Assembly (NCBI RefSeq): GCF_006345805.1
Contig: NW_021832738.1
Coordinates: 1 to 37,448 of the forward strand
Length of the DNA: 37,448 nt
Reading direction: 5' to 3'
DNA from: Octopus sinensis
Lineage: Eukaryota
This document shows, piece by piece, positions 1-11,138 of this stretch. Positions within the stretch are counted from its first letter, which is position 1; each line of letters begins with the position of its first letter. A program made the position numbers and the translations under genes. The notes under the pieces were generated by a model. That model was given only the letters and a program-made list of their open reading frames with translations, did no database searches and was not told where the DNA came from.

Positions 1-300
1 TATTTATGCATGATGTATATATGTATGTGTTGTGTTTGTTTGTATGTATATATGTAATTGTGTATGTATGTATGCATGCATGCATGCAAGTATGCATGCA
101 TGTATGTATGTATGCATGCATGCATGCAGTATGTATGTATGTATGTATGCATGTATGTATGCATGGATGCATGCATGTATGTATGTGCATATGTATGTCT
201 GTACGTATGTATGTATGCATGCATGTATGTATGTATGTATGTATGTGTTTGTAAGTATGCAAATATATATGTATGTATATATTTACGTATGTCTGTCTGT
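1..300. repeat. (ATGT/ATGC)n compound microsatellite
   Basis: Direct reading; source of the spurious MYVCMH ORFs. Confidence 0.95.
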
Positions 301-678
301 ATGTCAGGTCACTTACAAGGCTCTCATAAGTGCTGCTGGTAACATGGAATCCAGTACAACCAGTTGCATGGTTGGGTTGTCAGGACTAAACTGGCAACCC
401 CACCTGGATATCCAGATGAGGAGCAACAAAATTAAAAACAAGACCTGTTGACAGGTCGGATGAACAGCTGTCTAGCAACAGCAGCTGAAAAGGTTGGAAT
501 TAATTCCAGTTTTAATAAAATGTTGTTGTGCGAAACAATTGTACCAAATTACCGGAGTCATTCTTTGTACATACTTTTGATTATAATCACCCCACAAATT
601 TTTATGGATAACACCATACACAATTCTGGTGCATCTAAATTAAATACCATATTCATTTGAATCCATATTGTTGGTGAA

Positions 679-854
679 TATATATATATATATATATACA
701 TATATGTGTGTATATATGTATATATGTATATATATATATATGTGTATATATATACATATATATAATATATGTATGTATATATACATATATATAATGTATG
801 TATATATACATATTATATATATAATATATATATATATTATATATATATATATAT
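679..854. repeat. (TA)n-rich microsatellite, left flank of the Penelope insertion
   Basis: Direct reading; homologous position to 10135-10377 and 24795-25038. Confidence 0.95.
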
Positions 855-900
855 CTAGATAAGAAAGTTTGTTTGGTAAAGCACGTGGGTGAATATATAT

Positions 901-1301
901 GAAAATAGTAAAGTGTGATAAAACGACAGAAGGCTTAAATGTTAAAAAATATATATATTTGTGTCAAAATGTCTGGAGAATATTGGAAAAATTTTTTTTC
1001 CTTTCCTTAAAATGACATAATTTTAAAATTTTTAAAGAAATTACCGGTTTCGCATGTAGCTTTTCAAATTTCTTGTGACGTTATGTTTTATATTGCATGG
1101 AGTTATCGTTGTGTTTATTTTCAGGAGATTTCTAAATAAGGGGAGGTAGTGAGTGATTTCTTCCGGTGTAAGGGAGATAATCGCTTAAAATTTTTTTTTT
1201 CGTTTCCCTTGTTAATTTCTCTGTGTCAGTATGTTCGGATGGTGAGTCTGGGTTTGTACTTTTCAATGAAGAATGTTTCCTTGTTCAGTCTCATTTGTGT
1301 T
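901..1301 (-). repeat. Penelope pseudo-LTR, left copy (ORF end plus 3' UTR)
   Basis: Near-identical reverse complement of 3529-3927. Confidence 0.93.
1035..1074 (-). ncRNA. Minimal type I hammerhead ribozyme (U3-A8 core variant) in the left pseudo-LTR
   Basis: Minus strand reads aagaaat-TTGAAAA-gc-tacat-gc-GAAA-ccgg-TA-atttctt: 7-bp stem I, 2-bp stem II, palindromic ACCGGT stem III, GUA cleavage triplet. Confidence 0.75.
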
Positions 1302-1663
1302 GATGATCCGAAAGCACATTGGTAAAATGGGAAGATTAAAAATTGTGGCAGTAGTTGCTTTGCGCATTTCTCAATGTGCTCACTAAAAGGTATCATTCTA
1401 TATTCTGGGAATGCAATCTGTTGTCGATGCAGTGTGCATCTACGCCTGAGTGATAGTCCCGTGGAACCCACGTAGTCTTGGTGGCAGCCCGAGCATTTAA
1501 TGACATAAATTAATTTTTCAGAGGCACAAGTAAAGTTAGATTTGATCTTGAATTTCTGTCCCTCTTTAAAGAAGAATTCTGATCCTTCCAATAGGTTAGG
1601 ACATGTTGCACAGTTCGATCTACCACATTTTTTTACTTTGTGCATCCGTAATTTAGAAGACAA
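1226..1663 (-). pseudogene. Penelope GIY-YIG endonuclease domain (ORF C-terminus)
   Basis: FTCASEKLIYVIKCSGCHQDYVGST..SLRRR...H fits the GIY-YIG layout of Penelope-like elements; separated from the RT by a frameshift. Confidence 0.9.
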
Positions 1664-1750
1664 TTTTGCCTTTGTGAGAATCTTTTTTTAGTGATTTAGG
1701 CTGTTTGTAGCTTTTAATGATTTGGTGTATGTTTAGAATTTCCTTTAATT

Positions 1751-3528
1751 TTAGGTTTTTATGAAGTATTGGTAAATTCTGGGTGATGATGGTGAAGGCT
1801 TCTTTGTTTCTGGGGTTGTATGTAGATATGTAAGGTAGTATTTTCGGGAAGGTGTGTTGTTGTGTTGAACTTTTCTTAAAGTTTCTATGTTGATTTCTGT
1901 TGCCCGTCTGATCCCATCCTCTATGAGTTGAGCTGGGTAATGTCTGTCAATTAGGGTGTTTTTGAGTTCTTGCAGTCTAAAGTTCCTGGTATTTTGTTCT
2001 GACACTATTGTGCATATCCTTCTTGCAAGGTTGAAGGGGATGTTTGTTTTAGTGTGTCTTGGGTGGCATGAATTAAAAAGAAGGTATTGTTTGGCGTCTG
2101 TGGCTTTGTAAAAAATGTCTGTTTCTATTTTAAGGTTAATTTTTTTAATTAGTATATCCAAGAACGGGAGCTCCTTTTGGTTGTATTCCATTGTGAACTG
2201 TATATTTGGGTTTATGCTGTTCAATAGGTTTTTAAATTTTAGGAGTTTATCTATGTTTTCATTCCAGAGAATGAAACAATCGTCTAGGAATCGTTTCCAA
2301 TTCTCTTTTAAGTATTGAGAGAGGGAGTTTCCAAAGATTGATAGAGATTCCTGGTAAATGATTATTTCCATGTATCCCATTGTTAAGTTCGCAATGACTG
2401 GTGCTGCTGCCCTGTACCCATAGCAATTCCGGATTTTTTACGGTAAAATGTATTGTCAAACATGAAGTTTATTGTGTAGGATGAATTCAATTGATTAGTA
2501 ATGAATTCCTTACTGATCCTTTTTGGTATTTCTTCCGGAAATTGGTCTAACCAGAACTGTATTCCTCCAGTCCATAATTATGAGGTATACTGGTATACAA
2601 GTTGACTACATCAAATGAAACCAGGATTGTTTCTTCCTTTTTGTTTTTTTGAAGGTGGTTTAACATATCTAAGTCATCTCTGATATGGCTATCGATATGT
2701 TTAAGGAAGGGTTTCAGGAGGATGTCCATAAGTAGACTTAGTCTGTGTGTTTCACAGGTTGGGCCAGCTACAATGGGTCGTAGTTTTAGGTCCCCCGATT
2801 AAGGTGTGTATGTATGTCTTTGGTGATTTTTTAATGGTTTCATTTATAATTTGATTTTATGAATTTTTGGCAGACCATAGAAAAGGCTAGGTTTGCATTT
2901 AAAGTTTGTTAGGAAATCAATCTCTTTGGTTGTCAGTTCCTTTTCATGGGTTTTAATTAGTGAAGATAGAGTTTTCATTATTTTTTTGTGGGGTGTAGTT
3001 GGTAATTTTTTCATAATGTAGGTCTTCATCAAGCAAGGAAATTACAAGATTTCTGTAGTATGATGTATCCATTATTACAACTGCATTTCCCTTGTCCGCT
3101 TCCTTAATGGTTATCTTCATCATTTTGGAGTTCTATCAGTTCTTTCCATTGTGTAGTGTTAAAATTTGGGTTAGCTTTCTGTTTATGTATAGTATGGTAG
3201 GGGAGTTCTCAATGTGGTTACAGAATTCGTCAAGATCTTTATTTCTTCCTCTGTGTGGGATGTGTTCACTTTTGTTCTTGACTAGTGATTCATCTTCAGT
3301 ATTGAAACTGTTTGATGCTTCTGCTAGTCTTAATTTTCTGCAAAATTCTGTTATATTATCCTTGAGTTGATTTAGGTTTGCTCTGCGTGGAGTTGGTGTA
3401 AATTTGAGCCCTTTTGCGAGGATGTCAATTTTTATGTTAGAAAGAGGTTTGGTTGAAAGATTGATTATCTTCGGTTTTTCCTTATTACTAGGTTCCAGCC
3501 TGTGTCCTGGTGTCCCTGGTCCCTGGCT
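1751..3528 (-). pseudogene. Penelope N-terminal and reverse transcriptase/thumb domains, multiply frameshifted
   Basis: ORF fragments 3136-3528, 2844-3032, 2547-2729 and 1751-2380 carry RT motifs in order, then the thumb (YLLFNSCHPRH.K..IP). Confidence 0.9.
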
Positions 3529-3927
3529 AACACAAATGAGACTGAACAAGGAAACATTCTTCATTGAAAGTACAAACCCAGACTCAACCATCCGAACATA
3601 CTGACACAGAGAAATTAACAAGGGAAAACGAAAAAAAATTTTTAAGCGATTATCTCCCTTACACCGGAAGAAATCACTCACTACCTCCCCTTATTTAGAA
3701 ATCTCCTGAAAATAAACACAACGATAACTCCATGCAATATAAACATAACGTCACAAGAAATTTGAAAAGCTACACGCGAAACCGGTAATTTCTTTAAAAA
3801 TTTAAAAATTATGTCATTTTAAGGAAAGGAAAAAAATTTTTCCAATATTCTCCAGACATTTTGACACAAATATATATATTTTTTAACATTTAAGCCTTCT
3901 GTCGTTTTTTCACACTTTACTATTTTC
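3529..3927 (+). repeat. Penelope pseudo-LTR, right inverted copy
   Basis: Near-identical reverse complement of 901-1301; encodes the same ..QMRLNKETFFIE..TIRTY* tail. Confidence 0.93.
3755..3794 (+). ncRNA. Minimal type I hammerhead ribozyme (U3-A8 core variant) in the right pseudo-LTR
   Basis: aagaaat-TTGAAAA-gc-tacac-gc-GAAA-ccgg-TA-atttctt; differs from the left copy only in the stem II loop. Confidence 0.75.
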
Positions 3928-4056
3928 TTATATATATATATATATATATATACATATATGTGTGTGTACTGGAGTAAGCACAAAACTGCCTGACAAACGG
4001 GAACGTGAACTCTGAGTAACAACTTTTGTTATGTTTCTTCTGCTTTTAAATAAAGT

Positions 4057-4144
<88 letters not shown>

Positions 4145-4180
4145 ATGTATATATATGTATATACAGAGAGAGAGAGAGAG
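4057..4180. repeat. (TA)n then (GA)n microsatellite
   Basis: Direct reading; homologous to 21556-21765. Confidence 0.9.
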
Positions 4181-4389
4181 CGAAAATTTGAAGTGGGAGG
4201 GAGAGAGAAGGAAATAATGATAATACGTGAGTTGGGGGTTTATAGAAGGTGTTCCAAAATTAAGGGAACCAAAGTTTCGGGCTTTAATGACTATCAATAG
4301 ATAGTGTGTCTTGTGTTTGCTTCAGACCAAATAAATTCAGATTTATGGATTAGATAATGACTCTAGACCGAAATACAATCATAATACTC

Positions 4390-4495
4390 TCCAAGGAGAT
4401 TGTTGAAGGCATGCTGCCCTAACTGCTGTTCACTGATGAAATCAAATTTCACATTGAATAGACTGTAAACCAGCAAAATGGCCAGCCGTGGAGTG
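4390..4495 (+). pseudogene. Possible Tc1/mariner transposase remnant (first catalytic Asp region)
   Basis: Translates LFTDEIKFHIE*TVNQQNGQPW, resembling the LF(S/T)DEK.F.....N.QN.R.W motif; short and stop-containing. Confidence 0.45.
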
Positions 4496-4749
4496 TAGCT
4501 GGATCCATCGGGGTTCGATTGGTAATTTGATGTCGAAATCCACTCGGATATTCCCCTCGTTATTTTGAGATATAATAATAATGAAATTATTGTATACAGT
4601 GCTCAGGTGCACCACAACTTGTCAGAAAGTGCATATAAAGTACATGCAGTAATGTACAAATGTCTGGAAAGCGAATAATGTATGAGTCAGATACATGCTT
4701 GTGTGTGTATGGAGGGGAGAAAATCAAGTGTAGTGTTGGGCGAATCTCA

Positions 4750-6481
4750 GGAAGCATGGAATTTTTGAGGATGCAGTGCTCCGACAACTACCAACCGATG
4801 CCAGCAGTTTGTTCCATGCTTCAGCAACTCTCAGCGTAAAAAAATGTTTCCTGAAGTCATGGGTGCTGTGCTGTTTTCTTACTTTGTAATATGTCCACGG
4901 GTGTTAGATGGGTGGAGTTTTGAAAAGGTGGTCAGAGTTATTTTTGTGCGATGGTTGATAATTTATGGGTCGTGTCTGCCAAGTCATCTGCCAGACGTCG
5001 GAGTTTCAATGGTCCCAGGCCCAGGGAAGTAAGGGCGTTCGGATATGTCAAATGCCTGATGGAGGGTATTCTTTTGGTTGCACGTCGCTGAACAGCTTCC
5101 AGATGATTGATGTCCTGGGCAAGATAGGGTTCCAGACCGGTGATGCAATTCCAGGGAGATCTTACCATAGCTATATAAAGCCGCAGATAGATAGCCGGAG
5201 AGCGGCTCACAAAGGATTTGGTGAGTGATGCCAAGATACCCTCAGCCTTCTTGACAATTTTAGCGATGTGTTTTGTCCAACGCAATAACAATAACACCCA
5301 GGTCACGTTCACATGAAGACTTTTTGAGACTAGTGTTGTGGAGGGAGTAGGTGGATGCTGGGTTTCTCCTCCCGAAATGCATGGTGGTACACTTGTCCAC
5401 AGCCAGCTTGAGTTGCCAGTCCATGATCCACTGCTGCATTGTGTCCAGGTCTGCTTGCAATAGAGATCTATAGTGTACAGGATTTGACCTCTTTATTTCG
5501 AGGCACAGCTTGATGTCATCTGCATATTTCAGCACTGTGGCATTTTTAAGTTGGCATCTATGTCATTAACATATGCAACAAATAAAAGGGGGCCAAGAAC
5601 AGATCCCTGTGGTACACCAGATGTCATCTCATAGGGCGAAGAGTGCTGTCCTAGAACTGTGACAACCTCTTTTCGGCTGAAAATAAGGATTTTAACCATT
5701 ATAGAGTTTGTTTCTTACACCCACGCAGAAAGCTTCACCATAAGTCTTTTGTGTGGCACAGAGTAAAAGCCTTAGCAAAGTCCAGTAAACAACATCCACC
5801 CAGGATCCGCGATCAGTGATTTGGGTAACGTCCTCAAGAAACTCGATGAGTTGATTACAGCAGCTGGAGTTAGGAATAAATCCGAATTGTGAAGGCTGGA
5901 TGAGGCTGTGAGACTTCCAGAAGTTCCAGAGGGTTTCTCTGATACAGGATTCCATCAGTTTGGCGATGCAGCTAGTAAGACTGACGGGGCAATAGTTGAC
6001 AGACGATGTGCGGTCGCCTTTTTTGAACAGAGGGATGACAGGCAGTTTTCCACTGTTCTTGAGTAACACCATTATCAAGACAGAATTGGAAGAATAGAGA
6101 AAGTTGGCTTAAAAGAAAGTACCCACCGCGTTTGAGAAGTAGGTATGTAACACCATCGAGACCAGGAGAGGCATAATTGCGTTTATTCTTTAGGTGGCGT
6201 TGCAGCATTGCTGTGTAAATTGCATAGTATATTGAGTCCGATGTCAGTAGTGATGAAGATGGAACATTTTGGTCTTCGACAGTAAAGATGCTGGCAAAGC
6301 ATCCAGCAATGATTTCTGCACATTCTTCGGGATTGCCAGTAATCTGTCCTGTGTGGGGATTGTGAAGGCGACCAACTGGAGAGTGGGGTCTCTGCTTTGA
6401 GTGCACATACTTCCAGAACACTTTCCTGTCAGGGTTAGCTGCAATGCGTTGTTCAAATTCAAGCACTGCCTTTTTTGTCAC
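4750..6481 (-). pseudogene. LINE ORF2 reverse transcriptase region, frameshifted
   Basis: SPGLDGV, PLFKKGDR..NYCPVSLTSCIAKLMES, QFGF, KYADDIKL, ERDLGV, LEAVQRRATKRIP. Confidence 0.9.
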
Positions 6482-7095
6482 CTGCTTGAGGTGGTTGGCT
6501 GACCTATTGCGCTTTTTCCTGTTGCGACACTAATGATTGTTTCAGGAGAAGTGGTAAGTAGCAGATCCAAAGTGTTGTTACCCCTTGTGGGGGAGGTAAC
6601 AACTTGGGACCAATTTGAATTCAGCACCAGTTCAAGGAAATCGTCTGCACTTTGCAGCCAACGGAAGGCCTCCCAGTCAATCTCAGGGAAATTGAAGTCC
6701 CCCGCAATATACACATATGTGGCTGTTTTTATGGCTGCCGCCCTGAGGATATCAAAAAGCTGTGTGTCTTGGCGATAATTTGGAGGACGGTAAACGACTC
6801 CGAGCAGAAGTGTTGACATGGTCATGTGTATATTGCAGAAAAATACCTCCTGCTGAGATTGGTTCAAATCATCACAGGGGATTGCCGATAGACTTGATCG
6901 AACATAAATCATCACACCCCCTCCATGGCGATTAATGCGGTCTTTGCGGAACAGGTTGTAGCCGGCTATGCTGAAAACTCCATCACAGGGTGCAGAGTGT
7001 GCCCACGTTTCCGTGACTGTGATGAAATCTGGGTTGATACTTTTGACGTAGGAGACAAAAAGATGCACCTTGTTGCATAAACTACGGGCATTCAA
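6478..7095 (-). pseudogene. LINE ORF2 apurinic-like endonuclease (APE) domain
   Basis: NARSL, ITVTETW, FRKDR...GGGV, VYRPP, GDFNFPEIDW, PTRGNNTLDL; the terminal SDH motif is missing. Confidence 0.92.
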
Positions 7096-7157
7096 GGACA
7101 GCAGTTTATATCTGGATTTCAGATGATGATATACAGGGGATGGCTGATTGTTCTTGG

Positions 7158-7680
7158 TTAGTTTCCCAAGATTTTTGCATTGCCAGTTGTTGCTGTGGGT
7201 GTAGTCTGCTCAGTCCAACTGGCATCCCTTATCCACGACTCACCAGACTTGACAAATTTCCAGATCTGCCCATCATCGCAGAGGCTAAAGCTCTCCCGTG
7301 GCACTGAGTTGCGATTTAGGGAAGCCACGGATCTTAGCGTTGGGCTTACATCAGGTGGTAGGCCAGGACGTGTTCTAAAGTTGATAATGTTGTCACGCCG
7401 AGCTCTGTCAGCAGCCAGATGGAAGGTCTGCGCCTCAGTAAAGCCCGTAAACAACAGCCTGATCAGCCTGGGTTTGGATCCCAGTCGGCCAATGCGGGAA
7501 GCACTTTTTGGAGGGACACAGCTGAGATCCCTAGCTGTGTTTCCAATGAATGCCTGCAGATCTGCTACATCTTCCGGCACTCCGATGGCTATTAATTCAT
7601 GAGTGGCCGGTTCAGCAACTCCCTCGATGCGCTGAGGTTCTGTACGAGCTACAGGTAAGTTGCTGAGCAGGGCACTCCTA
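7158..7680 (-). pseudogene. LINE ORF1 C-terminal remnant
   Basis: IEGVAEP...RIGRLGSKPRLIRLLF resembles the CR1/L2-type ORF1 domain and lies directly upstream of APE. Confidence 0.65.
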
Positions 7681-7798
7681 TATGACCCTTCAAAACAATA
7701 TATACAATATGACCCTTCAATACAATATATACAATATATGACCCTTCAATACAATATATGACCCTTCAATACAATATATACAATATATTGTATTGAAG
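7681..7798. repeat. Four tandem copies of TATGACCCTTCAA(A/T)ACAATA at the LINE 5' junction, inverted relative to the flank
   Basis: CTTCAATACAATA is the reverse complement of the flank TATTGTATTGAAG (7786-7798). Confidence 0.9.
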
Positions 7799-8405
7799 TT
7801 CGTTTTGGGATTCTTGTGTTGTTTTTATGTATGTACAAACACAAACAGATAAACATATACATGTGAATGCAGTATGTGCATGTAGCAATCATAGACTGAT
7901 GCACATATATATGCATATAAAGTATTTGTGCATAAAGCATGCTAATTAATTAGTGAAAGAAAGTAAGGCAGTGCCCATAGCCTACACAAGGCCTCAAAAC
8001 CTGAGAAAGAGAATTAGATGAGATAAACAGGAACAGTATATTATTGCTACTTAATATTTTCAACCAGTGGTGGGATAGTGTGAAAAGTTAATCCAAAGAG
8101 TATGTCATGGGTGGAGTGTCTTTGATTCTAGGTTTGAAGGACCTGGGCTGAATTGTGACTAAACAGCTACAACTGCTCCAAAACTGACCTTTCCTTGCAA
8201 AAAGGACCACCACTATCACCATGACCCCAACCACCATCACTTCTGCAATCTATACCATCACCACCACCACCACCACCACTACCACCTGCTTCATCAACAC
8301 TACCACAACCTCAACCAACCTACACATTTCTGCTCAGACCAACTCTGTGATTTATTCAAATGCCTTGCGTTGGGCCCTTAATGGGATCAGTGCAGTTCTC
8401 AGATG

Positions 8406-8515
8406 AGGTAGCTATATCTAGTAGTTTATCAATTGACCCTGAAAGCATTTGACTTCAGCTGGATTTGATCTCAGAACATAGAGAACCGCAACAATTACTG
8501 CAAAGCTGTCAATTG
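8406..8515. mobile_element. Degenerate SINE-like fragment (second copy ~22782-22891)
   Basis: ttgaccctgaaag..gacttcagctggatttgatctcagaac resembles, from memory only, an abundant cephalopod SINE; not verified. Confidence 0.3.
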
Positions 8516-9289
8516 GCTATCGTGAAGACCCGATAGAAAAAGCAGCTAAACCTCACTCAGCTCACGCCTTACTCTTATAAGAAAGAAAGGCTATTGTAGA
8601 TAATGTAATTTCAACATTACTCATAGCCAAAAGACAGGATGGTCATGGCTAGAACGTCTTTAAGCAAATGATTTCTGGATTAGAGATCATCTGGGAGCTG
8701 GACAACAACATCTAAAATTAGAACTCACTAGAATTAAATTTTCACTAGAGATAGCACAAGAAGTAGACGTGGCCGCATTTCCCGCGACTCACATCGAACC
8801 CGTGCTCTATGGTGTCAGCTTGATGCAGTCATATGTATATCAGGGACAATATATGTGTGGCTGCAATTCAGCCATTTGATCAGATAACTGGAAGAGAGGG
8901 CAACAACAATAACAATGCCAACAATATCAAATACACACACACACACACCACAACACAAAACCACCACCACCAGCAACAAGATAATCATCGTTAATTTTAG
9001 AGAGGATCACTTTTCTTATATTATCGAGAATAATGAACAGACCTGACGTAATTTCATATCGTCAACCAATACTGCCACACCTGAGATGTTAGTCACGTTG
9101 TGATTGAGAAATCGGTCAACATAAATATTACTTTACACACTCTGCTATCATATTTTCTTATGCAACAATCAATTTCTATCCTGTTTCTTTATTTTGAGTT
9201 CGTTTCAAATATTTTAAGAATTTTTATCCTGATTTCAAATGTCGGACAGAACACTGAATCGGAAAACTGATACGTCTAAATCTGGTGGT

Positions 9290-9760
9290 GCATATGTATG
9301 TGTGTATATATGTGTGTATATATGTGTATGTATGTGTGTTTGCATGCATGTATGAATCTGCATGTATGTGCAGATGTATTTATGCATGCATGTATATATG
9401 TGTGTGTGTATGTTTGTATGTATGTGTGTAGGTATGTGTTTGTAAGCATGCAAATATATATGTATGTATGTATGCATCTTTGTGTGCATGCATGTATATA
9501 TGGATGCATGCATATATGGATGCATGCATGCATGTATGGATGCATGCATGTATGTATGTATGTATGTGCATATGTATGTATGCATGTATGAATGTATGTA
9601 TGTATGCATGCATGTATGTGTGTATACATGTATGTATGTATGCATGCATGTATATATGTATGTATGTCTGTATGTATGCATGTATGTATGTCTATGTGTA
9701 TGTGTTTGTAAGTATGCAAATATATATGTATGTATATATTTACGTATGTCTGTCTGTATG
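9290..9760. repeat. (ATGT/ATGC)n compound microsatellite, unit 1
   Basis: Direct reading. Confidence 0.95.
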
Positions 9761-10134
9761 TCAGGTCACTTACAAGGCTCTCATAAGTGCTGCTGGTAAC
9801 ATGGAATCCAGTACAACCAGTTGCATGGTTGGGTTGTCAGGACTAAACTGGCAACCCCACCTGGATATCCAGATGAGGAGCAACAAAATTAAAAACAAGA
9901 CCTGTTGAAAGGTTGGATGAACGGCTGTCTAGCAATAGCAGCTGAAAAGGTTGGAATTAATTCCAGTTTTAATAAAATGTTGTTGTGCGAAACAATTGTA
10001 CCAAATTACCGGACTCATTCTTTGTACATACTTTTGATTATAATCACCCCACAAATTTTTATGGATAACACCTTACAAAATTCTGGTGCATCTAAATTAA
10101 ATACTATATTCATTTGAATCTATATTGTTGCTGA

Positions 10135-10167
<33 letters not shown>

Positions 10168-10377
10168 TGTGTGTATATATGTATATATATATATATATAT
10201 GTGTGTATATATATACATATATATATACATACATATATATATATGTATGTATATATACATATATATATATACACATATATATATGTATATATGTATATAT
10301 GTATATATATATGTATATATACATATATATACACATATATATATATACATATATACACACATACATGTATATATACA
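10135..10377. repeat. (TA/CA)n microsatellite; Helitron target, left flank ending in A
   Basis: Direct reading; A10377 precedes the TC terminus. Confidence 0.93.
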
Positions 10378-11138
10378 TCTCTATATATAAAACTGAAATG
10401 CGTTTTTACCGCTTGGATCGCTTTCAATGCCACTACGACCCGTCCGATTCGCTCCAAAATTTACACGGACATGTAGAATGAGGTGCCAATGCTCGTGGGC
10501 TACCTTAGAAATCCCTATCTTAAAAGGTGTGGTTGCTAGGGGCCATCTTCCTCACTCACCCTATTTCCTCCTTTCCCTCTCTTACTCCCCTTTATTCATA
10601 ACGTTGACAATGTCCACTCCCGTTATTTAATGTATTCCCCTCAACTCCCTTTCACTTTGCCTTTATAAGGTCGTCAGACGGCTTTCTTTGATGTATCTGT
10701 CGGCATTCATAGGGAGAATTATCATCGCTACAAAAAACACACAATCATGAGAACAAATATTATGAATCAGATATTCATTGCGTTCATTTATATATATTGT
10801 GTGTGTGTGTGTGTGTGTGTGTTCGATATATAAATATGTATATATAATGTATATATACAAAGTGTATATATCTGTATTTATGTATATTAAACTTTTTAAT
10901 ACTTTTTGATATTTATATATATTTTTAAACAAATTATAAATATAATTTAATAATTTTTATTTTAAATTTAAATAATTTCAATTTTTCAATTTTATATATT
11001 TTCTATATTATATTTTTCTTTTTATGTTTTTGTTTTTGTTTTTTTTTTGCCTATAAGTGGTTTTATCACTAATTTAATTTATACATATATATATATAATT
11101 TGTATATATAATGTGTGCACACACACACATATATATAT

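Larger units (their letters stand above)
859..3931 (-). mobile_element. Penelope-like retroelement (probably Neptune-type), 5'-truncated and frameshifted, with inverted pseudo-LTRs
   Basis: N-terminal INLS..KGLKFTPT motif; RT motifs YGLPKIHK, LVSFDVVNLYTSIP, WKRFLDD and LPFLDI; Cys-rich linker (KCGRSNCATC); GIY-YIG endonuclease; ~400-bp inverted terminal duplication of the 3' end. The Neptune call rests on the Cys linker only. Confidence 0.92.
1..4574. repeat. Tandem array unit 0 (5'-partial): host unit lacking the Helitron dimer, with a Penelope element in its TA microsatellite
   Basis: ~250-680 matches ~9710-10135 and ~24360-24795; ~4160-4574 matches ~21730-22157. Confidence 0.9.
4575..7680 (-). 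mobile_element. CR1-clade LINE, 5'-truncated and decayed
   Basis: ORF1 remnant, APE endonuclease and RT in order; C-terminal FF..RV...WN.L motif; (TTA)n-like 3' tail at 4575-4582; empty site visible at 22153-22168; possible short ATATA target duplication (4570-4574 / 7783-7787). Confidence 0.88.

Noticed and set aside
6-451. Long ORFs such as MYVCMHAC.. and YIYIYI.. here and at ~9235-10480, 21333-21883, 23599-25142 and 37017-37439
   Set aside because: Translations of microsatellites that lack stops by composition; no coding signal.
855-858. CTAG at the Penelope left boundary as a remnant Helitron 3' end in unit 0
   Set aside because: No hairpin, no matching subterminal sequence and no TC-type 5' end on either strand.
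7180-7602. Antisense or alternate-frame ORFs over TE genes (also 16733-17110, 18229-18447, 19642-19923, 11182-11769)
   Set aside because: Shadow ORFs of LINE and Helitron coding strands or of GC-rich repeats, with no recognisable motifs.
8221-8406. Thr-rich ORF (also 22591-22782) as a mucin-like exon
   Set aside because: An (ACC)n microsatellite with no splice or family evidence.
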